From the NCBI RefSeq assembly GCF_009914755.1, contig NC_060941.1: a DNA stretch of 64,000 bases, one strand, 5' to 3'. Below are positions 51,801 to 64,000 of the stretch, piece by piece. A program made the translations under genes and the position numbers. Numbering within the stretch: position 1 is the stretch's first letter; each line of letters opens with the position of its first letter. The notes beneath the pieces are model-generated. The model was not told the DNA's origin, made no database searches, and was given only the letters and a program-made list of their open reading frames with translations. The stretch is from the human T2T-CHM13v2.0 reference genome, Homo sapiens.

Positions 51801-54305
51801 CGTGATGTTTGCATTCAACTCACAGTGCTGAACCTTTCTTTGATAGTTCAGCTTTGAAACACTCTTTTTGTAGAAAGTGCAAGTGGATATTTGGTCCTCT
51901 CTGAGGATTTCGTTGGAAACGGGATAAACTGCACAGAACTAAACAGAAGCATTCTCAGAACCTTCTTCGTGATGTCTGCATTCAACTCACAGTGTGGAAC
52001 CTTTCTTTGATAGTTCAGGTTTGAAACACTCTTTTTGTAGAAACTGCAAGGGGATAATTGCACTCTTTGAGGAGTACCGTAGTAAAGGAAATAACTTCCT
52101 ATAAAAAGAAGACAGAAGCTTTCTCAGAAAATTCTTTGGGATGATTGAGTTGAACTCACAGAGCTGAGCATTCCTTGCGATGTAGCAGTTTAGAAACACA
52201 CTTTCTGCAGAATCTGCAAGTGCATATTTGGACCTCTGTGAGGAATTCGTTGGAAACGGGATAATTTCAGCTGACTAAACAGAAGCAGTCTCAGAATCTT
52301 CTTTGTGATGTTTGCATTCAAATCCCCGAGTTGAACTTTCCTTTCAAAGTTCACGTTTGAAACACTCTTTTTGCAGGTTCTACAAGTGGATATTTGGACC
52401 ACTCTGTGTCCTTCGTTCGAAACGGGTATATCTTCACATGACATCTAGACAGAAGCATCCTCAGAAGCTTCTCTGTGATGACTGCATTCAACTCACGGAG
52501 TTGAACACTCCTTTTGAGAGCGCAGTTTTGAAACTCTCTTTCTGTGGCATCTGCAAGGGGACATGTAGACCTCTTTGAAGATTTCGTTGGAAACGGAATC
52601 ATCTTCACATAAAAACTATACAGATGCATTCTCAGGAACTTTTTGGTGATGTTTGTATTCAACTCCCAGAGTTGAACTTTCCTTTGGAAAGAGCAGCTAT
52701 GAAACACTCTTTTTCTAGAATCTGCAAGTGGACGTTTGGAGGGCTTTGTGGTTTGTGGTGGAAAAGGAAATATCTTCACCTAAATACTAGATAGAAGCAT
52801 TCTCAGAAACTGCTTTGTGATGATTGCATTCACCTCACAGAGTTGAACATTCCTATTGATAGAGCAGTTTGGAAACACTCTTGTTGTGGAATGTGCAAGT
52901 GGAGATTTGGAGCACTTTGAGGCCTATGGTAGTAAAGGGAATAGCTTCATAGAAAAACTAGACAGAAGCATTCTCAGAAAATACTTTGTGATGATTGAGT
53001 TTAACTCACAGAGCTGAACATTCCTTTGGATGGAGCAGGTTTGAGACACACCTTTTGTAGAATCTACAAGTGGATATTTGGACCTCTCCTGAGGATTTCG
53101 TTGGAAACGGGATAACTGCACCTAACTAAACGGAAGCATTCTCAGAAACTTCTTGGTGATGTTTGCATTCAAATCCCAGAGTTGAACCTTCCTTTGATAG
53201 TTCAGGTTTGAAACACTCTTTTTGTAGGATCTGCAAGTGGATATTTGGACCACTCTGTGGCCTTCGTTCGAAACGGGTATATCTTCGCATAAAATCTAGA
53301 CAGAAGCCTTCTCAGAAACTTCTCTGTGATGATTGCATTCAACTCACAGAGTTGAACCCTCCTATGGATAGAGCAGTGTTGAAACTCTCTTTTTGTGGAA
53401 TCTGCAAGTGGATATGTGGACCTCTCCGAAGATGTCTTTGGAAACGGGAATATCTTCACATAAAAACTAAACAGAAGCATTCTCAGAAACTTCTCTGTGA
53501 TGTTTGTGTTCAACTCCCAGAGTTTCACATTGCTTTTCATAGAGTAGTTCTGAAACATGCTTTTCGTAGTGTCTACAAGTGGACATTTGGAGCGCTTTCA
53601 GGCCTGTGGTGGAAAACGAATTATGGTCACATAAAAACTGGAGAGAAGCATTGTCAGAAACTTCTTTGTGATGATTGCATTCAACTCACAGAGTTGAAGG
53701 TTCCTTTTCAAAGAGCAGTTTCCAATCACTCTTTGTGTGGAATCTGCAAGTGGATATTTGGACCTATTTTGAAGATTTCGTTGGAAACGGGAGAATCTTC
53801 ACAGGAAAGCTAAACAGAAGCATTCTCAGAAACTTCTTTGTGATGCTTGCATTCAACTCACAGAGTTGAACTTTCCTTTCGAGAGAGAAGCTTTGAAACA
53901 CTCTTTTTCCAGAATCTGCAAGTGGACATTTGGAGGGCTTTGAGGCCTGTGGTGGAAAAGGAATTATCTTCCCGTAAAAGCTAGATAGAAGCATTCTCAG
54001 AAACTACTTTGTGATGATTGCATTCAAGTCACAGAGTTGAACATTCCCTTTGACAGAGCAGTTTGGAAACTCTCTTTGTGTAGAATCTGCAAGTGGAGAT
54101 ATGGACCGCTTTGAGGCCTATGGTAGTAAAGGAAATAGCTTCATATAAAAGCTAGACAGTAGCATTCACAGAAAACTCTTGGTGACGACTGAGTTTAACT
54201 CACAGAGCTGAACATTCCTTTGGATGGAGCAGTTTCGAAACACACTATTTGTAGAATGTGCAAGTGGATATTTAGGCCTCTCTGAGGATTTCGTTGGAAA
54301 CGGGA
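48874..54305. repeat. HOR units 19 and 20, two adjacent near-identical 2716-bp variants
   Basis: Both carry the +C insertion (about 50373 and 53089) and the same rare SNVs. Confidence 0.92.
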
Positions 54306-57300
54306 TAAACCGCACAGAACTAAACAGAAGCATTCTCAGAACCTTCTTCGTGATGTTTGCATTCAACTCACAGTGTTGAACCTTTCTTTGATAGTTCAGG
54401 TTTGAAACGGTCTTTCTGTAGAAACTGCAAGTAGATATTTGGACCTCTCTGAGGATTTCGTTGGAAACGGGATAACCCGCACAGAACTAAAACAGAAGCA
54501 TTCTCAGAACCCTCTTCGTGATGTTTGCATTCAACTCACAGTGCTGAACCTTTCTTTGATAGTTCAGCTTTGAAACACTCTTTTTGTAGAAACTGCAAGT
54601 GGATATTTGGTCCTCTCTGAGGATTTCGTTGGAAACGGGATAAACTGCACAGAACTAAACAGAAGCATTCTCAGAACCTTCTTCGTGATGTCTGCATTCA
54701 ACTCACAGTGTGGAACCTTTCTTTGATAGTTCAGGTTTGAAACACTCTTTTTGTAGAAACTGCAAGGGGATAATTGCACTCTTTGAGGAGTACCGTAGTA
54801 AAGGAAATAACTTCCTATAAAAAGAAGACAGAAGCTTTCTCAGAAAATTCTTTGGGATGATTGAGTTGAACTCACAGAGCTGAGCATTCCTTGCGATGTA
54901 GCAGTTTAGAAACACACTTTCTGCAGAATCTGCAAGTGCATATTTGGACCTCTGTGAGGAATTCGTTGGAAATGGGATAATTTCAGCTGACTAAACAGAA
55001 GCAGTCTCAGAATCTTCTTTGTGATGTTTGCATTCAAATCCCCGAGTTGAACTTTCCTTTCAAAGTTCACGTTTGAAACACTCTTTTTGCAGGATCTACA
55101 AGTGGATATTTGGACCACTCTGTGTCCTTCGTTCGAAACGGGTATATCTTCACATGACATCTAGACAGAAGCATCCTCAGAAGCTTCTCTGTGATGACTG
55201 CATTCAACTCACGGAGTTGAACACTCCTTTTGAGAGCGCAGTTTTGAAACTCTCTTTCTGTGGCATCTGCAAGGGGACATGTAGACCTCTTTGAAGATTT
55301 CGTTGGAAACGGAATCATCTTCACATAAAAACTATACAGATGCATTCTCAGGAACTTTTTGGTGATGTTTGTATTCAACTCCCAGAGTTGAACTTTCCTT
55401 TGGAAAGAGCAGCTATGAAACACTCTTTTTCTAGAATCTGCAAGTGGACGTTTGGAGGGCTTTGTGGTTTGTGGTGGAAAAGGAAATATCTTCACCTAAA
55501 TACTAGATAGAAGCATTCTCAGAAACTGCTTTGTGATGATTGCATTCACCTCACAGAGTTGAACATTCCTATTGATAGAGCAGTTTGGAAACACTCTTGT
55601 TGTGGAATGTGCAAGTGGAGATTTGGAGCGCTTTGAGGCCTATGGTAGTAAAGGGAATAGCTTCATAGAAAAACTAGACAGAAGCATTCTCAGAAAATAC
55701 TTTGTGATGATTGAGTTTAACTCACAGAGCTGAACATTCCTTTGGATGGAGCAGGTTTGAGACACACCTTTTGTAGAATCTACAAGTGGATATTTGGACC
55801 TCTCTGAGGATTTCGTTGGAAACGGGATAACTGCACCTAACTAAACGGAAGCATTCTCAGAAACTTCTTGGTGATGTTTGCATTCAAATCCCAGAGTTGA
55901 ACCTTCCTTTGATAGTTCAGGTTTGAAACACTCTTTTTGTAGGATCTGCAAGTGGATATTTGGACCACTCTGTGGCCTTCGTTCGAAACGGGTATATCTT
56001 CGCATAAAATCTAGACAGAAGCCTTCTCAGAAACTTCTCTGTGATGATTGCATTCAACTCACAGAGTTGAGCCCTCCTATGGATAGAGCAGTGTTGAAAC
56101 TCTCTTTTTGTGGAATCTGCAAGTGGATATGTGGACCTCTCCGAAGATGTCTTTGGAAACGGGAATATCTTCACATAAAAACTAAACAGAAGCATTCTCA
56201 GAAACTTCTCTGTGATGTTTGTGTTCAACTCCCAGAGTTTCACATTGCTTTTCATAGAGTAGTTCTGAAACATGCTTTTCGTAGTGTCTACAAGTGGACA
56301 TTTGGAGCGCTTTCAGGCCTGTGGTGGAAAACGAATTATGGTCACATAAAAACTGGAGAGAAGCATTGTCAGAAACTTCTTTGTGATGATTGCATTCAAC
56401 TCACAGAGTTGAAGGTTCCTTTTCAAAGAGCAGTTTCCAATCACTCTTTGTGTGGAATCTGCAAGTGGATATTTGGACCTATTTTGAAGATTTCGTTGGA
56501 AACGGGAGAATCTTCACAGGAAAGCTAAACAGAAGCATTCTCAGAAACTTCTTTGTGATGCTTGCATTCAACTCACAGAGTTGAACTTTCCTTTCGAGAG
56601 AGAAGCTTTGAAACACTCTTTTTCCAGAATCTGCAAGTGGACATTTGGAGGGCTTTGAGGCCTGTGGTGGAAAAGGAATTATCTTCCCGTAAAAGCTAGA
56701 TAGAAGCATTCTCAGAAACTACTTTGTGATGATTGCATTCAAGTCACAGAGTTGAACATTCCCTTTGACAGAGCAGTTTGGAAACTCTCTTTGTGTAGAA
56801 TCTGCAAGTGGAGATATGGACCGCTTTGAGGCCTATGGTAGTAAAGGAAATAGCTTCATATAAAAGCTAGACAGTAGCATTCACAGAAAACTCTTGGTGA
56901 CGACTGAGTTTAACTCACAGAGCTGAACATTCCTTTGGATGGAGCAGTTTCGAAACACACTATTTGTAGAATGTGCAAGTGGATATTTAGGCCTCTCTGA
57001 GGATTTCGTTGGAAACGGGATAAACCGCACAGAACTAAACAGAAGCATTCTCAGAACCTTCTTCGTGATGTTTGCATTCAACTCACAGTGTTGAACCTTT
57101 CTTTGATAGTTCAGGTTTGAAACGGTCTTTCTGTAGAAACTGCAAGTAGATATTTGGACCTCTCTGAGGATTTCGTTGGAAACGGGATAACCCGCACAGA
57201 ACTAAAACAGAAGCATTCTCAGAACCCTCTTCGTGATGTTTGCATTCAACTCACAGTGCTGAACCTTTCTTTGATAGTTCAGCTTTGAAACACTCTTTTT

Positions 57301-60300
57301 GTAGAAACTGCAAGTGGATATTTGGTCCTCTCTGAGGATTTCGTTGGAAACGGGATAAACTGCACAGAACTAAACAGAAGCATTCTCAGAACCTTCTTCG
57401 TGATGTCTGCATTCAACTCACAGTGTGGAACCTTTCTTTGATAGTTCAGGTTTGAAACACTCTTTTTGTAGAAACTGCAAGGGGATAATTGCACTCTTTG
57501 AGGAGTACCGTAGTAAAGGAAATAACTTCCTATAAAAAGAAGACAGAAGCTTTCTCAGAAAATTCTTTGGGATGATTGAGTTGAACTCACAGAGCTGAGC
57601 ATTCCTTGCGATGTAGCAGTTTAGAAACACACTTTCTGCAGAATCTGCAAGTGCATATTTGGACCTCTGTGAGGAATTCGTTGGAAACGGGATAATTTCA
57701 GCTGACTAAACAGAAGCAGTCTCAGAATCTTCTTTGTGATGTTTGCATTCAAATCCCCGAGTTGAACTTTCCTTTCAAAGTTCACGTTTGAAACACTCTT
57801 TTTGCAGGATCTACAAGTGGATATTTGGACCACTCTGTGTCCTTCGTTCGAAACGGGTATATCTTCACATGACATCTAGACAGAAGCATCCTCAGAAGCT
57901 TCTCTGTGATGACTGCATTCAACTCACGGAGTTGAACACTCCTTTTGAGAGCGCAGTTTTGAAACTCTCTTTCTGTGGCATCTGCAAGGGGACATGTAGA
58001 CCTCTTTGAAGATTTCGTTGGAAACGGAATCATCTTCACATAAAAACTATACAGATGCATTCTCAGGAACTTTTTGGTGATGTTTGTATTCAACTCCCAG
58101 AGTTGAACTTTCCTTTGGAAAGAGCAGCTATGAAACACTCTTTTTCTAGAATCTGCAAGTGGACGTTTGGAGGGCTTTGTGGTTTGTGGTGGAAAAGGAA
58201 ATATCTTCACCTAAATACTAGATAGAAGCATTCTCAGAAACTGCTTTGTGATGATTGCATTCACCTCACAGAGTTGAACATTCCTATTGATAGAGCAGTT
58301 TGGAAACACTCTTGTTGTGGAATGTGCAAGTGGAGATTTGGAGCGCTTTGAGGCCTATGGTAGTAAAGGGAATAGCTTCATAGAAAAACTAGACAGAAGC
58401 ATTCTCAGAAAATACTTTGTGATGATTGAGTTTAACTCACAGAGCTGAACATTCCTTTGGATGGAGCAGGTTTGAGACACACCTTTTGTAGAATCTACAA
58501 GTGGATATTTGGACCTCTCTGAGGATTTCGTTGGAAACGGGATAACTGCACCTAACTAAACGGAAGCATTCTCAGAAACTTCTTGGTGATGTTTGCATTC
58601 AAATCCCAGAGTTGAACCTTCCTTTGATAGTTCAGGTTTGAAACACTCTTTTTGTAGGATCTGCAAGTGGATATTTGGACCACTCTGTGGCCTTCGTTCG
58701 AAACGGGTATATCTTCGCATAAAATCTAGACAGAAGCCTTCTCAGAAACTTCTCTGTGATGATTGCATTCAACTCACAGAGTTGAACCCTCCTATGGATA
58801 GAGCAGTGTTGAAACTCTCTTTTTGTGGAATCTGCAAGTGGATATGTGGACCTCTCCGAAGATGTCTTTGGAAACGGGAATATCTTCACATAAAAACTAA
58901 ACAGAAGCATTCTCAGAAACTTCTCTGTGATGTTTGTGTTCAACTCCCAGAGTTTCACATTGCTTTTCATAGAGTAGTTCTGAAACATGCTTTTCGTAGT
59001 GTCTACAAGTGGACATTTGGAGCGCTTTCAGGCCTGTGGTGGAAAACGAATTATGGTCACATAAAAACTGGAGAGAAGCATTGTCAGAAACTTCTTTGTG
59101 ATGATTGCATTCAACTCACAGAGTTGAAGGTTCCTTTTCAAAGAGCAGTTTCCAATCACTCTTTGTGTGGAATCTGCAAGTGGATATTTGGACCTATTTT
59201 GAAGATTTCGTTGGAAACGGGAGAATCTTCACAGGAAAGCTAAACAGAAGCATTCTCAGAAACTTCTTTGTGATGCTTGCATTCAACTCACAGAGTTGAA
59301 CTTTCCTTTCGAGAGAGAAGCTTTGAAACACTCTTTTTCCAGAATCTGCAAGTGGACATTTGGAGGGCTTTGAGGCCTGTGGTGGAAAAGGAATTATCTT
59401 CCCGTAAAAGCTAGATAGAAGCATTCTCAGAAACTACTTTGTGATGATTGCATTCAAGTCACAGAGTTGAACATTCCCTTTGACAGAGCAGTTTGGAAAC
59501 TCTCTTTGTGTAGAATCTGCAAGTGGAGATATGGACCGCTTTGAGGCCTATGGTAGTAAAGGAAATAGCTTCATATAAAAGCTAGACAGTAGCATTCACA
59601 GAAAACTCTTGGTGACGACTGAGTTTAACTCACAGAGCTGAACATTCCTTTGGATGGAGCAGTTTCGAAACACACTATTTGTAGAATGTGCAAGTGGATA
59701 TTTAGGCCTCTCTGAGGATTTCGTTGGAAACGGGATAAACCGCACAGAACTAAACAGAAGCATTCTCAGAACCTTCTTCGTGATGTTTGCATTCAACTCA
59801 CAGTGTTGAACCTTTCTTTGATAGTTCAGGTTTGAAACGGTCTTTCTGCAGAAACTGCAAGTAGATATTTGGACCGCTCTGAGGATTTCGTTGGAAACGG
59901 GATAACCCGCACAGAACTAAAACAGAAGCATTCTCAGAACCCTCTTCGTGATGTTTGCATTCAACTCACAGTGCTGAACCTTTCTTTGATAGTTCAGCTT
60001 TGAAACACTCTTTTTGTAGAAACTGCAAGTGGATATTTGGTCCTCTCTGAGCATTTCGTTGGAAACGGGATAAACTGCACAGAACTAAACAGAAGCATTC
60101 TCAGAACCTTCTTCGTGATGTCTGCATTCAACTCACAGTGTGGAACCTTTCTTTGATAGTTCAGGTTTGAAACACTCTTTTTGTAGAAACTGCAAGGGGA
60201 TAATTGCACTCTTTGAGGAGTACCGTAGTAAAGGAAATAACTTCCTATAAAAAGAAGACAGAAGCTTTCTCAGAAAATTCTTTGGGATGATTGAGTTGAA

Positions 60301-63300
60301 CTCACAGAGCTGAGCATTCCTTGCGATGTAGCAGTTTAGAAACACACTTTCTGCAGAATCTGCAAGTGCATATTTGGACCTCTGTGAGGAATTCGTTGGA
60401 AACGGGATAATTTCAGCTGACTAAACAGAAGCAGTCTCAGAATCTTCTTTGTGATGTTTGCATTCAAATCCCCGAGTTGAACTTTCCTTTCAAAGTTCAC
60501 GTTTGAAACACTCTTTTTGCAGGATCTACAAGTGGATATTTGGACCACTCTGTGTCCTTCGTTCGAAACGGGTATATCTTCACATGACATCTAGACAGAA
60601 GCATCCTCAGAAGCTTCTCTGTGATGACTGCATTCAACTCACGGAGTTGAACACTCCTTTTGAGAGCGCAGTTTTGAAACTCTCTTTCTGTGGCATCTGC
60701 AAGGGGACATGTAGACCTCTTTGAAGATTTCGTTGGAAACGGAATCATCTTCACATAAAAACTATACAGATGCATTCTCAGGAACTTTTTGGTGATGTTT
60801 GTATTCAACTCCCAGAGTTGAACTTTCCTTTGGAAAGAGCAGCTATGAAACACTCTTTTTCTAGAATCTGCAAGTGGACGTTTGGAGGGCTTTGTGGTTT
60901 GTGGTGGAAAAGGAAATATCTTCACCTAAATACTAGATAGAAGCATTCTCAGAAACTGCTTTGTGATGATTGCATTCACCTCACAGAGTTGAACATTCCT
61001 ATTGATAGAGCAGTTTGGAAACACTCTTGTTGTGGAATGTGCAAGTGGAGATTTGGAGCGCTTTGAGGCCTATGGTAGTAAAGGGAATAGCTTCATAGAA
61101 AAACTAGACAGAAGCATTCTCAGAAAATACTTTGTGATGATTGAGTTTAACTCACAGAGCTGAACATTCCTTTGGATGGAGCAGGTTTGAGACACACCTT
61201 TTGTAGAATCTACAAGTGGATATTTGGACCTCTCTGAGGATTTCGTTGGAAACGGGATAACTGCACCTAACTAAACGGAAGCATTCTCAGAAACTTCTTG
61301 GTGATGTTTGCATTCAAATCCCAGAGTTGAACCTTCCTTTGATAGTTCAGGTTTGAAACACTCTTTTTGTAGGATCTGCAAGTGGATATTTGGACCACTC
61401 TGTGGCCTTCGTTCGAAACGGGTATATCTTCGCATAAAATCTAGACAGAAGCCTTCTCAGAAACTTCTCTGTGATGATTGCATTCAACTCACAGAGTTGA
61501 ACCCTCCTATGGATAGAGCAGTGTTGAAACTCTCTTTTTGTGGAATCTGCAAGTGGATATGTGGACCTCTCCGAAGATGTCTTTGGAAACGGGAATATCT
61601 TCACATAAAAACTAAACAGAAGCATTCTCAGAAACTTCTCTGTGATGTTTGTGTTCAACTCCCAGAGTTTCACATTGCTTTTCATAGAGTAGTTCTGAAA
61701 CATGCTTTTCGTAGTGTCTACAAGTGGACATTTGGAGCGCTTTCAGGCCTGTGGTGGAAAACGAATTATGGTCACATAAAAACTGGAGAGAAGCATTGTC
61801 AGAAACTTCTTTGTGATGATTGCATTCAACTCACAGAGTTGAAGGTTCCTTTTCAAAGAGCAGTTTCCAATCACTCTTTGTGTGGAATCTGCAAGTGGAT
61901 ATTTGGACCTATTTTGAAGATTTCGTTGGAAACGGGAGAATCTTCACAGGAAAGCTAAACAGAAGCATTCTCAGAAACTTCTTTGTGATGCTTGCATTCA
62001 ACTCACAGAGTTGAACTTTCCTTTCGAGAGAGAAGCTTTGAAACACTCTTTTTCCAGAATCTGCAAGTGGACATTTGGAGGGCTTTGAGGCCTGTGGTGG
62101 AAAAGGAATTATCTTCCCGTAAAAGCTAGATAGAAGCATTCTCAGAAACTACTTTGTGATGATTGCATTCAAGTCACAGAGTTGAACATTCCCTTTGACA
62201 GAGCAGTTTGGAAACTCTCTTTGTGTAGAATCTGCAAGTGGAGATATGGACCGCTTTGAGGCCTATGGTAGTAAAGGAAATAGCTTCATATAAAAACTAG
62301 ACAGTAGCATTCACAGAAAACTCTTGGTGACGACTGAGTTTAACTCACAGAGCTGAACATTCCTTTGGATGGAGCAGTTTCGAAACACACTATTTGTAGA
62401 ATGTGCAAGTGGATATTTAGGCCTCTCTGAGGATTTCGTTGGAAACGGGATAAACCGCACAGAACTAAACAGAAGCATTCTCAGAACCTTCTTCGTGATG
62501 TTTGCATTCAACTCACAGTGTTGAACCTTTCTTTGATAGTTCAGGTTTGAAACGGTCTTTCTGTAGAAACTGCAAGTAGATATTTGGACCTCTCTGAGGA
62601 TTTCGTTGGAAACGGGATAACCCGCACAGAACTAAAACAGAAGCATTCTCAGAACCCTCTTCGTGATGTTTGCATTCAACTCACAGTGCTGAACCTTTCT
62701 TTGATAGTTCAGCTTTGAAACACTCTTTTTGTAGAAACTGCAAGTGGATATTTGGTCCTCTCTGAGCATTTCGTTGGAAACGGGATAAACTGCACAGAAC
62801 TAAACAGAAGCATTCTCAGAACCTTCTTCGTGATGTCTGCATTCAACTCACAGTGTGGAACCTTTCTTTGATAGTTCAGGTTTGAAACACTCTTTTTGTA
62901 GAAACTGCAAGGGGATAATTGCACTCTTTGAGGAGTACCGTAGTAAAGGAAATAACTTCCTATAAAAAGAAGACAGAAGCTTTCTCAGAAAATTCTTTGG
63001 GATGATTGAGTTGAACTCACAGAGCTGAGCATTCCTTGCGATGTAGCAGTTTAGAAACACACTTTCTGCAGAAACTGCAAGTGCATATTTGGACCTCTGT
63101 GAGGAATTCGTTGGAAACGGGATAATTTCAGCTGACTAAACAGAAGCAGTCTCAGAATCTTCTTTGTGATGTTTGCATTCAAATCCCCGAGTTGAACTTT
63201 CCTTTCAAAGTTCACGTTTGAAACACTCTTTTTGCAGGATCTACAAGTGGATATTTGGACCACTCTGTGTCCTTCGTTCGAAACGGGTATATCTTCACAT

Positions 63301-64000
63301 GACATCTAGACAGAAGCATCCTCAGAAGCTTCTCTGTGATGACTGCATTCAACTCACGGAGTTGAACACTCCTTTTGAGAGCGCAGTTTTGAAACTCTCT
63401 TTCTGTGGCATCTGCAAGGGGACATGTAGACCTCTTTGAAGATTTCGTTGGAAACGGAATCATCTTCACATAAAAACTATACAGATGCATTCTCAGGAAC
63501 TTTTTGGTGATGTTTGTATTCAACTCCCAGAGTTGAACTTTCCTTTGGAAAGAGCAGCTATGAAACACTCTTTTTCTAGAATCTGCAAGTGGACGTTTGG
63601 AGGGCTTTGTGGTTTGTGGTGGAAAAGGAAATATCTTCACCTAAATACTAGATAGAAGCATTCTCAGAAACTGCTTTGTGATGATTGCATTCACCTCACA
63701 GAGTTGAACATTCCTATTGATAGAGCAGTTTGGAAACACTCTTGTTGTGGAATGTGCAAGTGGAGATTTGGAGCGCTTTGAGGCCTATGGTAGTAAAGGG
63801 AATAGCTTCATAGAAAAACTAGACAGAAGCATTCTCAGAAAATACTTTGTGATGATTGAGTTTAACTCACAGAGCTGAACATTCCTTTGGATGGAGCAGG
63901 TTTGAGACACACCTTTTGTAGAATCTACAAGTGGATATTTGGACCTCTCTGAGGATTTCGTTGGAAACGGGATAACTGCACCTAACTAAACGGAAGCATT

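Larger units (their letters stand above)
1..64000. repeat. D17Z1: Alpha-satellite higher-order repeat array, 16-mer of 2715/2716 bp, about 23.6 copies; most likely human chr17 D17Z1 (SF3)
   Basis: Seen: ~171-bp monomers with alphoid motifs (CATTCTCAGAAACTTCTTTGTGATG, TTCAACTCACAGAGTTGAAC, GAATCTGCAAGTGGATATTTGG). The ORF track recurs every 2715-2716 bp and copies differ only by a few SNVs. Known: D17Z1 is a 2.7-kb EcoRI-defined 16-mer with pentameric ancestry. Alphoid identity is certain; the chromosome assignment is from recalled properties. Confidence 0.93.

Noticed and set aside
1151-56071. Singleton SNVs outside box cores (e.g. 1151, 36942, 38791, 42191, 44923, 56071)
   Set aside because: They are ordinary private mutations or possible consensus errors with no pattern on their own.
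259-63640. All other 64-142 aa ORFs on both strands
   Set aside because: They overlap each other in several frames, repeat with the HOR, and appear or vanish with single SNVs or the +C insertion. There is no sign of coding constraint.
1-64000. Possible embedded L1/Alu insertion, inversion or non-alphoid island
   Set aside because: The 2715/2716 periodicity is unbroken from start to end and strand orientation never changes.

Overview
The whole 64 kb window is one uninterrupted, head-to-tail array of primate alpha-satellite DNA (monomers of 167-172 bp). The monomers form a 16-monomer higher-order repeat (HOR) of 2715 bp, or 2716 bp in five copies carrying a +C insertion. There are 23 complete copies and one partial copy. 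Counted from base 1, units start at 1, 2716, 5431, 8146, 10861, 13576, 16291, 19006, 21721, 24437, 27152, 29867, 32582, 35298, 38013, 40728, 43443, 46159, 48874, 51590, 54306, 57021, 59736 and 62451. The 2.7-kb 16-mer, single constitutive EcoRI site, 850-bp pentamer substructure and dense CENP-B boxes match the human chromosome 17 centromeric array D17Z1 (suprachromosomal family 3). That match is from recalled properties, not a database search. I see no genes, RNA genes, transposons, inversions or shortened HORs, and all listed ORFs are repeat artefacts. I found no new gene system. The notable signal is in the variants between copies: a degenerate 4-HOR (10,861 bp) super-period, a very recent single-HOR duplication, mosaic copies, a polymorphic second EcoRI site, CENP-B box losses at one recurrent base, and a shift to a more uniform block after about 46 kb. 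Variants were read by eye, so the lists may be incomplete.
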